The notes under the pieces: generated by a model | Seen by the model: only the letters and a program-made list of their open reading frames with translations | Told to the model about the DNA's origin: nothing | Database searches by the model: none | Program-made: the position numbers and the translations under genes | In this document: positions 1 through 9,263 of the stretch, in pieces | How positions within the stretch are numbered: position 1 is the stretch's first letter | Layout of the letters: the number at the start of each line of letters is the position of its first letter | Source: Spirochaetia bacterium | GTDB taxonomy: Bacteria; Spirochaetota; Spirochaetia; CADAEX01 | Direction of reading: 5' to 3' | DNA length: 64,000 nucleotides | Assembly: GCA_963662265.2 (NCBI GenBank) | Contig: CAXXHA010000036.1 | Coordinates: 1 to 64,000 of the forward strand

Positions 1-290
1 GTAATATGCTGATACTGAAACAATACTTCTATCGCGTTTGATACAAGTTTGAGGTCACTGCTGTTCTTCTTTGCCTTTGGCACATGAATCATTTCAAAGG
101 AATTTTCTGACAGTTTTTCTGCTGTTTTTTTTACTTCTGGTTTTGTCCAGTCGGCAAAAGCTGTTGCCAGAGTCAGCTTGCCTATATCATTAACATATTC
201 CAGCAGTCCCTGTACAAAATTTGAATCAGTGCTGGGAGTTACATTTTCGACATCCCAGAATATTGCTATGTTGTCCTGTGTTTTTTCCAT
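1..290 (-). CDS. NYN/LabA (PIN-like) domain protein, N-terminal part, runs off the window edge
   Basis: Manual translation from ATG at 290: MEKTQDNIAIFWDVENV...AFADW...KKNSSDLKL, matching the NYN-domain motifs FWDxEN, ADW and KNxxD. Confidence 0.8.
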   Translation of the reverse strand, partial: MEKTQDNIAIFWDVENVTPSTDSNFVQGLLEYVNDIGKLTLATAFADWTKPEVKKTAEKLSENSFEMIHVPKAKKNSSDLKLVSNAIEVLFQYQHI

Positions 291-361
291 TTTTTACCTG
301 CTTATAATAATTATAACTGCTTTTATGATTTAATCATATTGCATAGCAGTATATTTTTACT

Positions 362-469
362 TTACTGATAATAATTAACTTCTTCAGGTTTTATAGATTC
401 TTTATAATGCTGATTTTTTCTGAATTTATATTCTCTTAAGGCTAATCTTTCTGTTTCCAGAAAATACAT
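362..469 (-). pseudogene. 35-codon ORF, probable remnant of a RimJ/RimL-type GNAT acetyltransferase
   Basis: Strong SD (GGGAGGA), then MYFLETERLALREYKFRKNQHYKESIKPEEVNYYQ*; LETERLxLR is the typical RimJ/RimL N-terminus. Confidence 0.5.
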
Positions 470-516
470 ATGATCCTCCCTGGTAAAATTATTACTATAT
501 CCCTCTTTTATATTTA

Positions 517-1089
517 CTAATGAATATGCGAAATCAGAATTTTAAATCCCATAATTATCAGTATTACTCCACCTGCAATTTCAAGCTTGTCTTCGAAGAA
601 ATGCCCTATCCTGTCTCCTATGTATACCCCTGCAAGGCAGATGACAAATGTGATTGCCCCGATAATCAGTACAGGCTCTATAATATTGACATGAAGAACA
701 GAAAAGCTTATTCCAACGGCAAGTGCGTCAATGCTTGTTGCTATTGCAAGTATAATAAGCGTTGCAAAATTCAGGCAGTTTTTTTTATTGTCCTCCATTT
801 CGCATACATCTTTTTTTACAATTGTTGATTCGTAAATCATCTTGCCGCCGATAAAGGCAAGAAGGAAAAAAGCTATCCAGTGGTCGACCGGTTCAATATA
901 GGCTCTGAAATAGAAACCTGCTGCCCACCCTATAAGAGGCATCACTGCCTGAAAAAGGCCGAAAAAGAATGCAATCCTCAGGGCATGTGTATAGCGGAGG
1001 TTCTTTATTACAAAGCCGTTTACAACAGATACAGCGAGTGCATCCATTGAAAGGGCAACTGCTATTGCAGTTATCTGAATATAGTCCAT
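517..1089 (-). CDS. mntP: Manganese efflux pump MntP
   Basis: Two LSMDA/TSIDALAVG repeats, FGLFQAVMPLIGW, DHWIAF; 190 aa hydrophobic protein. Confidence 0.93.
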   Translation of the reverse strand: MDYIQITAIAVALSMDALAVSVVNGFVIKNLRYTHALRIAFFFGLFQAVMPLIGWAAGFYFRAYIEPVDHWIAFFLLAFIGGKMIYESTIVKKDVCEMEDNKKNCLNFATLIILAIATSIDALAVGISFSVLHVNIIEPVLIIGAITFVICLAGVYIGDRIGHFFEDKLEIAGGVILIIMGFKILISHIH

Positions 1090-1099
1090 GATGTCCGTC

Positions 1100-1552
1100 C
1101 TACTCGCCTATAACCTTGAAAACCACTTCCCTGTGGCGGTTCCTGGTGTCGCATTCTATCAGTGTGAGGTTCTGCCACGGGCCTATTTCCAGTTTTATAT
1201 CAGTAAACGGTATAGTGATGAAAGGTGATAACAGTGCTGCCTTGATATGGCTTGAACCGTTGTCATCGTGCCATGTGTCGTGATGGTTGTAATGGATTAC
1301 TCGGCCTGTATCATCCTTGTAGGGGGAGAATATATCCAGTGCTTTCTTAAGGTCATGGTAGACCAGTCCTGGTTCAAACTCAAGTGTTGTGAGTCCCGCA
1401 ACACCCCCAGTTGTGAAGCCTGTAATTATTCCATCTGTTATCCCTTTTTCCCTGGAGGCTTCGTTGAGTGCTTCCTGAAAATCAGAAGTTATATCTATCA
1501 TCCCCATGTGGGCTTTTGTCCTGTACTCTTTTCTTGTCGTGTATACTGCCAT
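1100..1552 (-). CDS. yjbQ: YjbQ/UPF0047 family protein
   Basis: DIT, EFEPGL, HHDTWHDDNGSSHIKAALL, GPWQ and ECD motifs; likely start MAVYTT at 1552. Confidence 0.88.
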   Translation of the reverse strand: MAVYTTRKEYRTKAHMGMIDITSDFQEALNEASREKGITDGIITGFTTGGVAGLTTLEFEPGLVYHDLKKALDIFSPYKDDTGRVIHYNHHDTWHDDNGSSHIKAALLSPFITIPFTDIKLEIGPWQNLTLIECDTRNRHREVVFKVIGE

Positions 1553-1708
1553 ATTCCTATTGTATAATAAGTGCAGGAAAATATAAACATCACTCATTGG
1601 ATTTATAATTTTTAATCTCACTCACATCAGGGTGGAAATAAAACATTATTTGGAATATAATTTCCCCTATTAAATTCATCTATATTATTAAACAGACAGG
1701 ACAGTTTT

Positions 1709-2506
1709 ATGGAAAAAAAAGATGTGCAGATTTTTGAAAACGGAATTTATAAATCAAAAGAGGGGCTTTACAGCTATAAACCTGGCAAGCTATCACTCCT
1801 GAAAACAATAAATTACTACCGAAAAATTATCGCTATAGTTCTTAATGCCAGAAAAGAAGTTTTGAAGGGGCGGCCCGGCTTTGATGTTGTTTTTGATGCA
1901 AGTATAAAAACATTCAAATGTATAGAAGATACAGGTGCTGTTATCAGTATCAGGGGACTTAACTATCTGAAAGAGGTTGAAGGCCCTGTTGTTGTAATTT
2001 CAAACCATATGAGTACCCTGGAAACTTTTGTTTTCCCATTTCTGGTTGGGACTGTTAAAAAATGTTCTTTTGTTGTTAAAACAAGTCTTGTTACAAATCC
2101 TGTATTCGGTCCAGTAATGAGATCTCTCAAACCCATTGCAGTTGACAGGAAGGACCCCAGAAAAGATCTTGATATTGTAATGAAAGAGGGAACTGAACTT
2201 CTTAAAAACGGAGTAAGCGTGATCCTGTTTCCGCAGGCAACAAGAGATCCTGTTTTCAAGCCTGAAAATTTTAATTCGCTGGGAATCAAGCTTGCGAAAA
2301 GAGGGGGAGTAAAGGTTGTTCCCTGTGCGATAAAGACCGATTTCTGGGAAAACGGCAAAGTTATGAGTACATTCGGAAATGTCTACCCTGAGCGAACAGT
2401 ATATTTCGAATTCGGTAAGGCTGTAGAAATAGAAGGTGCCGGCAAGAAGGAGCACCGGGAAATTATTGATTTTATCCAGTCGCGGATAGATGAATGGAAT
2501 AAATAA
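1709..2506 (+). CDS. plsC: 1-acyl-sn-glycerol-3-phosphate acyltransferase (PlsC family)
   Basis: Acyltransferase motif variants NHMSTLE, FVVK, FPQATR and VVP. Confidence 0.85.
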   Translation: MEKKDVQIFENGIYKSKEGLYSYKPGKLSLLKTINYYRKIIAIVLNARKEVLKGRPGFDVVFDASIKTFKCIEDTGAVISIRGLNYLKEVEGPVVVISNHMSTLETFVFPFLVGTVKKCSFVVKTSLVTNPVFGPVMRSLKPIAVDRKDPRKDLDIVMKEGTELLKNGVSVILFPQATRDPVFKPENFNSLGIKLAKRGGVKVVPCAIKTDFWENGKVMSTFGNVYPERTVYFEFGKAVEIEGAGKKEHREIIDFIQSRIDEWNK

Positions 2507-2509
2507 ATA

Positions 2510-4531
2510 TTGATGAATACTTTAGAAAACTGGAAAAAATATATATTTTCACTTCCTGAACAGGTGTTTTTTGATGTGATGAGGAATTATCTCGGGGATG
2601 TAAAAACACCTTTTAACAAGCATGATCTTGTGGATAAGCTTACTTCCTTTCTTTTGAGGGAGGAAACTGCTGAAAAAGTTCTATCACTCATAGATATATC
2701 TGATGCTGAGATTATTACAGTCATAAGTATACTGGAAAATCCGACTGTGAAGGAGCTTTACACTGTTTTCAGGAATAAAAAAAGTTATTACGATTTTTAT
2801 CTAAAGCTTCTGAATCTTGAAGAACGAATGCTTGTCTTTAGCAATGATGTTGATGGTGAAAGCCGTATAAGTATTTCTCCTGTCTTTGAAGGTCTTTTCA
2901 GAAAGAAAGTGATTGATCCTGAACTGTTTTTCTCATCCTGCGAAAATGAAAATGAGATGAACGGGGAAGGGGAAGTTATCTGGCTTAATGATTCAGTCCT
3001 GTTTACAGCTTTTTCATTTCTGCTCAGGCAGGGGGCTATATTAAAGATTGACGGAAGTTTCAGGAAAAAAGTAATTGAGGAGCTGAAGGGAATTTTTCCC
3101 GACCGGCTTACTGAAAATACTGATGAGAAGATAGAGCTTATCAGGCTTATTATAGGAAGGCTCAAGCTTGCTGTAAATGAGGGGGATTCTTTCCGTCCTG
3201 ATACTGAAAAATGGATTGAGCTTGGTAAACTTCCTGTCAGGGAAAGACTTACACTTCTTCTGGGAGCTGCTGTTTCGGATGATTATACTTTATACGGTTC
3301 ACTTCTTATCGCGGTTTCTGAAACACTGATCTCCTGGAACAGGGGGTTTTCTTCAGATTCTCTCAAGAAGATTGTTGAATTGGTGGCTCTCAAGAACAGG
3401 GTTGATATTTCTGGAAATCCGGAATTTGCAGATTCAGTCATCAATGTGCTCTATACACTGGGCATTATCCGTGGTGATTCGGGGATCTGCTATCCTGAGA
3501 ACAAAGTTCTCTATAGAAACAGCATTAATGAAAATATGAATCTGATACTGCAGCCTAATTTTGATATTATTACAGATGCTTCAATCCCTTTTGATGCAGG
3601 AATAATACTTTCACTTGCCGCTGATGTAAAGAGGTATTCAGACCTGATCAGCCTGGATCTTACAAGGGAGAGCTATATAAGGGCACTTGAAGCAGGATTT
3701 TCCGGAAATGATATTACAGCTTTCTTTGAAAAATTTACCGGACATGGAATTCCCCAGAATATCAGGTTTTCCCTTCAGAGCTGGGAAAAGGAATTCAGGA
3801 GCATAGAGCTTTTCAGCGGAGTTGTAATGACAGTTGATGAGAAAAAGAGGAAGATTATAGATAACTCCGGGCAGTTTGATGAATCGCTTGTAAGAAAACT
3901 TTCTGAAGGTGTTTATCTTGTAATGCCAGAAAACCTTGATAAGCTCAGGAAGTCCCTTTCTCTCTCCGGCATAGATCATGTTCCTGCAGTTGAAGGAAGC
4001 CTTATCTCTGCAGATTCAGGACGTCCTGTTTATAGAGAAAGCTTTATAAATGATATTGAAAAGGTTAATCCCTGTTTTTCCCTTTTAAAGCCTGAATTCG
4101 GGAAAGGTGATTACCCTGATTACATTGAAATAAATATCAATGAGTTCAGTGATCAGATAGAAAAACTTAATTTCACTGCAGAACAGAAGAAAATTATCAA
4201 GGAGAGGATAGAGCGGAAAATTATTCTGTTTTCTTCCCAGATTACTGCAGGATCTGCCCGTTATGAGAAAAATGAGGCAAAGGGACTTGATTACGGCGGT
4301 AAGATAAGGCTTGCAGAACAGGCTATTGAAAGCAGAGGCTATCTTCTTGAAATTGTTGAAAGAAAAAACGATGAGCAGGTTACAAGCCTTGTTAAGCCGG
4401 AGTCTATTGATAAATCGGAAAAAGATGTTCTTCTTGAGGGGATACTTCTTCCTGATGAGGAGAGGGTAAGTATAAAAATCGGCAAGGCAGGCCGTGTCAA
4501 GAAGATAAAGACTTCCCTCTTCATGAAATAG
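2510..4531 (+). CDS. Helicase-associated (XPB-partner, Helicase_C_3-like) domain protein
   Basis: LILQPNFDII...LTRESYIRALEAG...IPQNIRFSLQSW segment; no Walker motifs. Confidence 0.7.
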   Translation: MMNTLENWKKYIFSLPEQVFFDVMRNYLGDVKTPFNKHDLVDKLTSFLLREETAEKVLSLIDISDAEIITVISILENPTVKELYTVFRNKKSYYDFYLKLLNLEERMLVFSNDVDGESRISISPVFEGLFRKKVIDPELFFSSCENENEMNGEGEVIWLNDSVLFTAFSFLLRQGAILKIDGSFRKKVIEELKGIFPDRLTENTDEKIELIRLIIGRLKLAVNEGDSFRPDTEKWIELGKLPVRERLTLLLGAAVSDDYTLYGSLLIAVSETLISWNRGFSSDSLKKIVELVALKNRVDISGNPEFADSVINVLYTLGIIRGDSGICYPENKVLYRNSINENMNLILQPNFDIITDASIPFDAGIILSLAADVKRYSDLISLDLTRESYIRALEAGFSGNDITAFFEKFTGHGIPQNIRFSLQSWEKEFRSIELFSGVVMTVDEKKRKIIDNSGQFDESLVRKLSEGVYLVMPENLDKLRKSLSLSGIDHVPAVEGSLISADSGRPVYRESFINDIEKVNPCFSLLKPEFGKGDYPDYIEININEFSDQIEKLNFTAEQKKIIKERIERKIILFSSQITAGSARYEKNEAKGLDYGGKIRLAEQAIESRGYLLEIVERKNDEQVTSLVKPESIDKSEKDVLLEGILLPDEERVSIKIGKAGRVKKIKTSLFMK

Positions 4532-4587
4532 AAATATATTGTATATGTGTCTGTAGTTTTTACGGATTTAATATTATGTGAATATTT

Positions 4588-4620
4588 AAAAGCTGATGAC
4601 AAAAATCATCAGCTTATTTT
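4588..4620. terminator. Bidirectional hairpin terminator between convergent genes
   Basis: AAGCTGATGA-caaaaa-TCATCAGCTT (10-bp stem) flanked by A/T runs. Confidence 0.7.
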
Positions 4621-5483
4621 TACAGAGCTTTCTTTTCCCTGTTTTTTGTTTTTGAAAAACTGTAGGTCAGCCTGTCTATGATAATGGCAAGAAATACAAT
4701 ACTTAGACCGGCTTCAAAACCACGTCCAACCTCGATTCGGTTGATAGAGAGGAGTACTTCCATTCCAAGCCCTTTCGCACCGATCATCGAACCGATAACT
4801 ACCATTGCAAGTGCCATCATTGTTGTCTGGTTGATTCCAACCATTATGGAAGGTTTTGCAAGCGGCAGCTGAACATCCCATAATACCTGGTTCTTTTTAG
4901 CTCCGAATGCCTTGGCTGCTTCAATTACTTCCTTGTCCACAGTCCTGATTCCTACATTTGTCAGCCTGATAACAGGGGGGACTGCATATATTATTGTCGC
5001 AATCACTGCAGGCACCCTTCCGAGGCCGAAAAACATCAGTGCAGGAATAAGGTATACAAAACTGGGCATAGTCTGCATCCCGTCAAGAAGCGGTTTTATT
5101 ATCATTTCCGCCCTGTCGCTCTGTGCCATGCTGATTCCAACCGGAATACCGATAAGAAGCGAGAAAAATACAGCTGCTGAAACTATACTTAAGGTCTGCA
5201 TAGCCATTTCCCAGTAGCCGAAAGATCCTATGAGGAAGAGCATTACTGCAAGAATAAGGCCTGACCTTTTTTTACCGAGCAGTTTCCATCCTGCAACATA
5301 TATAATTCCGATAAAGAGGAACCATGGTATAAAAAGAAATACCGACTCTATCCCCTTCATTACATTTACAATTACCCATCCTATAGCATCGAAAACCGGG
5401 TCAAATTTCTGGAGAAGCCACTCCATTATTGAGTCAATAACATTCCGCAGCGGGATTTTTATGGTTTCAGGGAATTCAAACAT
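4620..5483 (-). CDS. proW: Glycine betaine/proline ABC transporter permease
   Basis: MQTMPSFVYLIP, EAAKAFGA (EAA loop), INQTTMMALAMVV; SD GGAGGTG before ATG 5483. Confidence 0.93.
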   Translation of the reverse strand: MFEFPETIKIPLRNVIDSIMEWLLQKFDPVFDAIGWVIVNVMKGIESVFLFIPWFLFIGIIYVAGWKLLGKKRSGLILAVMLFLIGSFGYWEMAMQTLSIVSAAVFFSLLIGIPVGISMAQSDRAEMIIKPLLDGMQTMPSFVYLIPALMFFGLGRVPAVIATIIYAVPPVIRLTNVGIRTVDKEVIEAAKAFGAKKNQVLWDVQLPLAKPSIMVGINQTTMMALAMVVIGSMIGAKGLGMEVLLSINRIEVGRGFEAGLSIVFLAIIIDRLTYSFSKTKNREKKAL

Positions 5484-6735
5484 TATTATCACCTCCGTCA
5501 GGACTTATAGTTTCAAAAATATCATCTGTCCTTACAACTCCGAGCAGTTTCCCGTTTTCGTTCACAACGGGAACCGGGTATTTATTGGCTGTGACAATGC
5601 TGAAAAGATCTTCGAGTATTGTATCTTCTGTAACAGAAGGTACCTTGTTTATAACAATGCTTTCAATCTTCCAGGATTTTGTCTCTTCGTTTTCATCCAC
5701 ATATTTCTGAAGGCTTTCCCTGTTTGTAACTCCCAGCAGTTTGCCTTCTCTGTTTACTACAAAGGCGCCTGATCTTTTTTCATTCTTGAGTATTGAGAGT
5801 GCTGTTTTAGGCCCTTCCCATGCATAGAGAAGCAGACTCGGGCTTGTCATGATACTTCCTGCTGTTATTACCTTGGCAGGTGATGCATCCTGGACAAATT
5901 CCCTTACATATTCATCTGCAGGGTGGGTTACAATATCTTCCGGAGTTCCTGTCTGTATAACTTCTCCGTCTCTCATAATTGTAATCCTGTCGCCAAGTTT
6001 TAATGCTTCGTGGAGGTCATGTGTAACAAATACAATTGTTTTTTGCAGTTTTGCCTGCAGTTCTACAAATTCATCCTGCATCTGCCGTCTTATAAGAGGA
6101 TCAAGCCCGCTGAAAGGTTCGTCCATAAGAAGAATATCAGGATCATTTGCAAGTGCTCTTGCAAGGCCTACTCTCTGCTGCATGCCTCCTGATAAGTTGG
6201 TCGGGTAGTAAGCTTCCCACCCTTTCAGGCCTACAGTTTCAAGAGCCTGCATTGCAATTGCATACTGCTGACTTTTATTGAGCCCCCGTACTTTCAGTCC
6301 GTAGGCAGCATTGTCGAGAACTGTCAGATGAGGGAATAACCCGTAATGCTGGAAAACCATTCCGAAGTTATCTTTTCTGAAATCCATCAGATCATTTTCC
6401 TGCATCTTTGTGATATCTTTGCCTTTTATTTTTATAGAGCCGGAAGTGGGGTTAACAAGCCTTATAAGGTTTCTTATGAGTGTGGATTTCCCGCTGCCGG
6501 AAAGTCCCATTATTATGTAGAATTCCCCTTTTTTTATTTCCAGGTTTACATTACGCATTCCCAGTACACAGCCTGTTTTGTTTTGAATTGTTTTTTTATC
6601 GAGTTCCCTGAATTTTGAACCCAGAATCCTTTTTGGATCTCTGCCGAATACTTTCCAGAGACTGTTAATTTCAATTATTGTTTCTTCAGAATCAGGGACA
6701 GCATCAGCTGTCCCTTTTATTGAATTCTCAGACAT
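5476..6735 (-). CDS. proV: Glycine betaine/proline ABC transporter ATPase with CBS pair
   Basis: GLSGSGKST, LSGGMQQR, LMDEPFSGLDPLIR; C-terminal CBS domains. Confidence 0.95.
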   Translation of the reverse strand: MSENSIKGTADAVPDSEETIIEINSLWKVFGRDPKRILGSKFRELDKKTIQNKTGCVLGMRNVNLEIKKGEFYIIMGLSGSGKSTLIRNLIRLVNPTSGSIKIKGKDITKMQENDLMDFRKDNFGMVFQHYGLFPHLTVLDNAAYGLKVRGLNKSQQYAIAMQALETVGLKGWEAYYPTNLSGGMQQRVGLARALANDPDILLMDEPFSGLDPLIRRQMQDEFVELQAKLQKTIVFVTHDLHEALKLGDRITIMRDGEVIQTGTPEDIVTHPADEYVREFVQDASPAKVITAGSIMTSPSLLLYAWEGPKTALSILKNEKRSGAFVVNREGKLLGVTNRESLQKYVDENEETKSWKIESIVINKVPSVTEDTILEDLFSIVTANKYPVPVVNENGKLLGVVRTDDIFETISPDGGDNNV

Positions 6736-6744
6736 AAATGTCTC

Positions 6745-7713
6745 CTACATTTCCTTGAGCGCAGATTTTACTTTTTCCGCTGTTTCTGCTGATACCCATT
6801 TTGTCCATACTTCTTCATGATTTTTGAGAAACCATACTGCGGCACCTTCCGCATCTGTTTCCAATTCTGCCATTTTTGCAAGGAATTCATTGTTCATGGC
6901 AACTGTTGTTGAATACTTTTTAAGGAACTCTACAACATCGGGAGCAGATTCTGCAAATTCTGCATTTACAACAATATTTACATCTGCCGGTGGAAGTTCT
7001 GTTCCTTTAAGCCTTATCATATCGAGACGGCCCATTATAGCAGTAGGTTCCCACCAGTATCCGATCCATGGTTCACCTTTCTTGTATGCAGCATCCATTG
7101 TTGCTGAAACTGCATTGGCAGATCCCGGAATAGCCTTGTTGTATGTTTCATTGAGTTTAAATTCTTCGAAAAGAGCTTCATTTGTTTCTGTTACTGCCCA
7201 GCCTGAAACTCCTACATAGATAAGACCCTTGTTTGAATCTTCAGGATCCGGGAACAGGTGTGCATATTTCGGAAGGTCTTTAATGCTTTTCAGATCCGGT
7301 GCAGATGCTTTTATTCCTCTTGCTGAGTCCCCTTCAACAAGATATCTTGGCAGGTACCATCCCTGAGGACCGTCAGGCAGGTTTTTGCCCAGGTCAATAA
7401 CATCTCCTGATTTTGTATACTTATCATAAACATCCCTGAAATTTGAATGCCATGATTCCATATCAATGTCGATATCTCCGTTTGCAAGCCCGGTGAAACT
7501 TGGAACTGTTCCGCCTGTTACAAAATCAGCCTCGTAGTTGCCTTCAAGGCCGTTTTCAATAATAAATGCAGCAATTCTGTTGTGTACCATTACACTGTCC
7601 CAGGACATATCTGCAAATACTATTGTCTGTGGTTTTTCACTGCCGCCGGCAGCGAATGCTGGCATTAATAATACCCCAAACAGCAATAATGCTATGAGAA
7701 CAAACTTTTTCAT
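6745..7713 (-). CDS. proX: Glycine betaine ABC transporter substrate-binding protein
   Basis: Signal peptide; SWDS, DMESW and GYWWEPT aromatic-cage motifs; operon with proVW. Confidence 0.9.
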   Translation of the reverse strand: MKKFVLIALLLFGVLLMPAFAAGGSEKPQTIVFADMSWDSVMVHNRIAAFIIENGLEGNYEADFVTGGTVPSFTGLANGDIDIDMESWHSNFRDVYDKYTKSGDVIDLGKNLPDGPQGWYLPRYLVEGDSARGIKASAPDLKSIKDLPKYAHLFPDPEDSNKGLIYVGVSGWAVTETNEALFEEFKLNETYNKAIPGSANAVSATMDAAYKKGEPWIGYWWEPTAIMGRLDMIRLKGTELPPADVNIVVNAEFAESAPDVVEFLKKYSTTVAMNNEFLAKMAELETDAEGAAVWFLKNHEEVWTKWVSAETAEKVKSALKEM

Positions 7714-7737
7714 TTTAAAACTCCTGAATAATAATAA

Positions 7738-7759
7738 ATTATACTTAGTATACTAAATT
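7738..7759 (-). promoter_or_regulatory. -10 box of proX overlapped by a palindromic MarR-type operator
   Basis: TATAAT on the minus strand (7743-7738) abutting the perfect palindrome TTAGTATACTAA (7745-7756). Confidence 0.65.
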
Positions 7760-7924
7760 AAATAGTTGGGCTGAACAAGGTTTAAATACCTCTATATAGT
7801 CAATAATAATGATATATTATAAAAATATCACTAAGATAATGTTAGAATGCTAATAATAAGTGTTATATTTAAATGAATGATTGCTGCGTGTGGACACTCT
7901 GAAATGGAAATGTAATAATAATAA

Positions 7925-8437
7925 TTGGAGAAAATGGTGGAAAATCAAAGCGATATAATACTGGCAACATTGAAACAGATAACAAGGGCTCTTGATCTCC
8001 AGTCAAAAAACCTTATGCGTAAATACGGTTTGACAGGTCCTCAGCTTCTTATATTGAAAGCTCTTTATAAAAACAGTGATTTGAGTCTTAAACAGGTTGC
8101 TGAAAATGTAAGTCTCAGCCAGGCAACTGTGACAAGTATCATGGACAGGCTTGAGAAAATGCAGTTTGTGATGAGAATCAGAAACAGTCAGGATAAAAGA
8201 AAGGTTAATATTCAGCTTGCAGATAAAGCTCTTGAGATACTGGATAAAAATCCCGGTCTGCTGCAGGATCAGTTTTCGATAGAATTTGATAAGCTTGAGG
8301 AATGGGAAAAAAATTATCTCATGTCTGCATTGCAGAGAATTGCATCCATGATGAAGGCTGAGAAGATTAAAACATCTCCTGATATGAGTATTGAGATTAA
8401 TGATTCAGATATGAAAATGAATAATAGTATGTATTGA
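7925..8437 (+). CDS. MarR-family regulator, EctR/CosR-like
   Basis: LKQITRALDLQSK...YGLTGPQL...SLSQATVTSIMDRLE...DKR; divergent from a compatible-solute transporter; start could be 7925, 7934 or 7937. Confidence 0.85.
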   Translation: MEKMVENQSDIILATLKQITRALDLQSKNLMRKYGLTGPQLLILKALYKNSDLSLKQVAENVSLSQATVTSIMDRLEKMQFVMRIRNSQDKRKVNIQLADKALEILDKNPGLLQDQFSIEFDKLEEWEKNYLMSALQRIASMMKAEKIKTSPDMSIEINDSDMKMNNSMY

Positions 8438-8448
8438 TTTTATTCGCA

Positions 8449-8562
8449 GGTTGGGTCTGATAAGGCTTGTCTTCACTCTCCTGGGAATGTCCGCGTACAA
8501 CGCGCCCACTCCTCGCGCTTGTTTGACAATCACCCGCTGTTTGCAAAAAAACAGGACCCACC
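8449..8562. repeat. GC-rich palindromic intergenic element (REP/MITE-like)
   Basis: Imperfect terminal inverted repeats GGTTGGGTCTG ... CAGGACCCACC and internal hairpin CGCGT-aca-ACGCG; only one copy in the window. Confidence 0.35.
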
Positions 8563-8598
8563 GGAACTGGTGACAGAGGGGCAGTTGATTCAGATTAT

Positions 8599-8631
8599 AA
8601 AAAAACTCCTGGATTGCCAGGAGTTTTTTTT
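8599..8631. terminator. Bidirectional rho-independent terminator
   Basis: A7-CTCCTGG-attg-CCAGGAG-T8 between convergent genes. Confidence 0.88.
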
Positions 8632-8648
8632 GTGAGAAATCTCAGTTA

Positions 8649-9263
8649 TTAAAAATCGCCTCTGTATACATAGATATCTGAAACCCTGTTGTCTTCATCG
8701 TAGAAGACTTTCATCCTTACAGGGAATCCTGTCTCATAGCGTGTTATGTTTTTGGGATTCAGGTAAATTTCACTCCCTTCTTCGCTTTTCATAGGTTTTC
8801 CGAGTATTGAAGCTACCTGTTTTCTCTCCATCCCCTGTTTCAGGTCAAGAACAGTTCCCCTGAATCTCATATCAGCTCTGAACTGCCATACCCTGTTTTT
8901 AAACCAGAAAAGGTAGATGTGGTTTTTATAATAGAATACAACATCATCCTGCCATTCCCTCTTTCCCCTCATTGAGAACACCTCTTCGGGAGCACCCAGT
9001 TCTTCATATGCTTTTTCAGGTGTAAGGCCGAGCAGTTCCTCTGGTGATTTAATTTCAGGCGACAGTTTTGTGTATTTTTTGAAATTTGCGTCTTCTTCAC
9101 CGGATGAATGAAATTCTGCTTTTGAGTTGTTTTCTGACAGTTTTGCCTTGACTTCAGAGTCTTCTATTCCCGGAGTTTCTTCTTTCTGCTGAGAAAAAGA
9201 AGCAGGTGCTGATGTCAGAAAAAGAATTGTTAATACAGTATAAATTATTTTTTTACTTACCAT
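8649..9263 (-). CDS. Hypothetical exported protein
   Basis: Signal peptide; two LG(A/K)P-containing repeats; overlaps the upstream gene. Confidence 0.7.
   Translation of the reverse strand: MVSKKIIYTVLTILFLTSAPASFSQQKEETPGIEDSEVKAKLSENNSKAEFHSSGEEDANFKKYTKLSPEIKSPEELLGLTPEKAYEELGAPEEVFSMRGKREWQDDVVFYYKNHIYLFWFKNRVWQFRADMRFRGTVLDLKQGMERKQVASILGKPMKSEEGSEIYLNPKNITRYETGFPVRMKVFYDEDNRVSDIYVYRGDF

Noticed and set aside
1-290. NYN nuclease as part of a defence or toxin-antitoxin system
   Set aside because: Truncated by the window edge with no partner genes visible; cannot be supported.
1089-1700. yybP-ykoY Mn riboswitch expected upstream of mntP
   Set aside because: mntP lies 10 nt behind yjbQ and no riboswitch-like structure is visible upstream.
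8440-8600. 6S RNA, SRP RNA or tRNA
   Set aside because: Lacks the SRP GGAA-loop motif and a cloverleaf; I could not build a 6S-like rod by eye, so it is kept only as a palindromic element.
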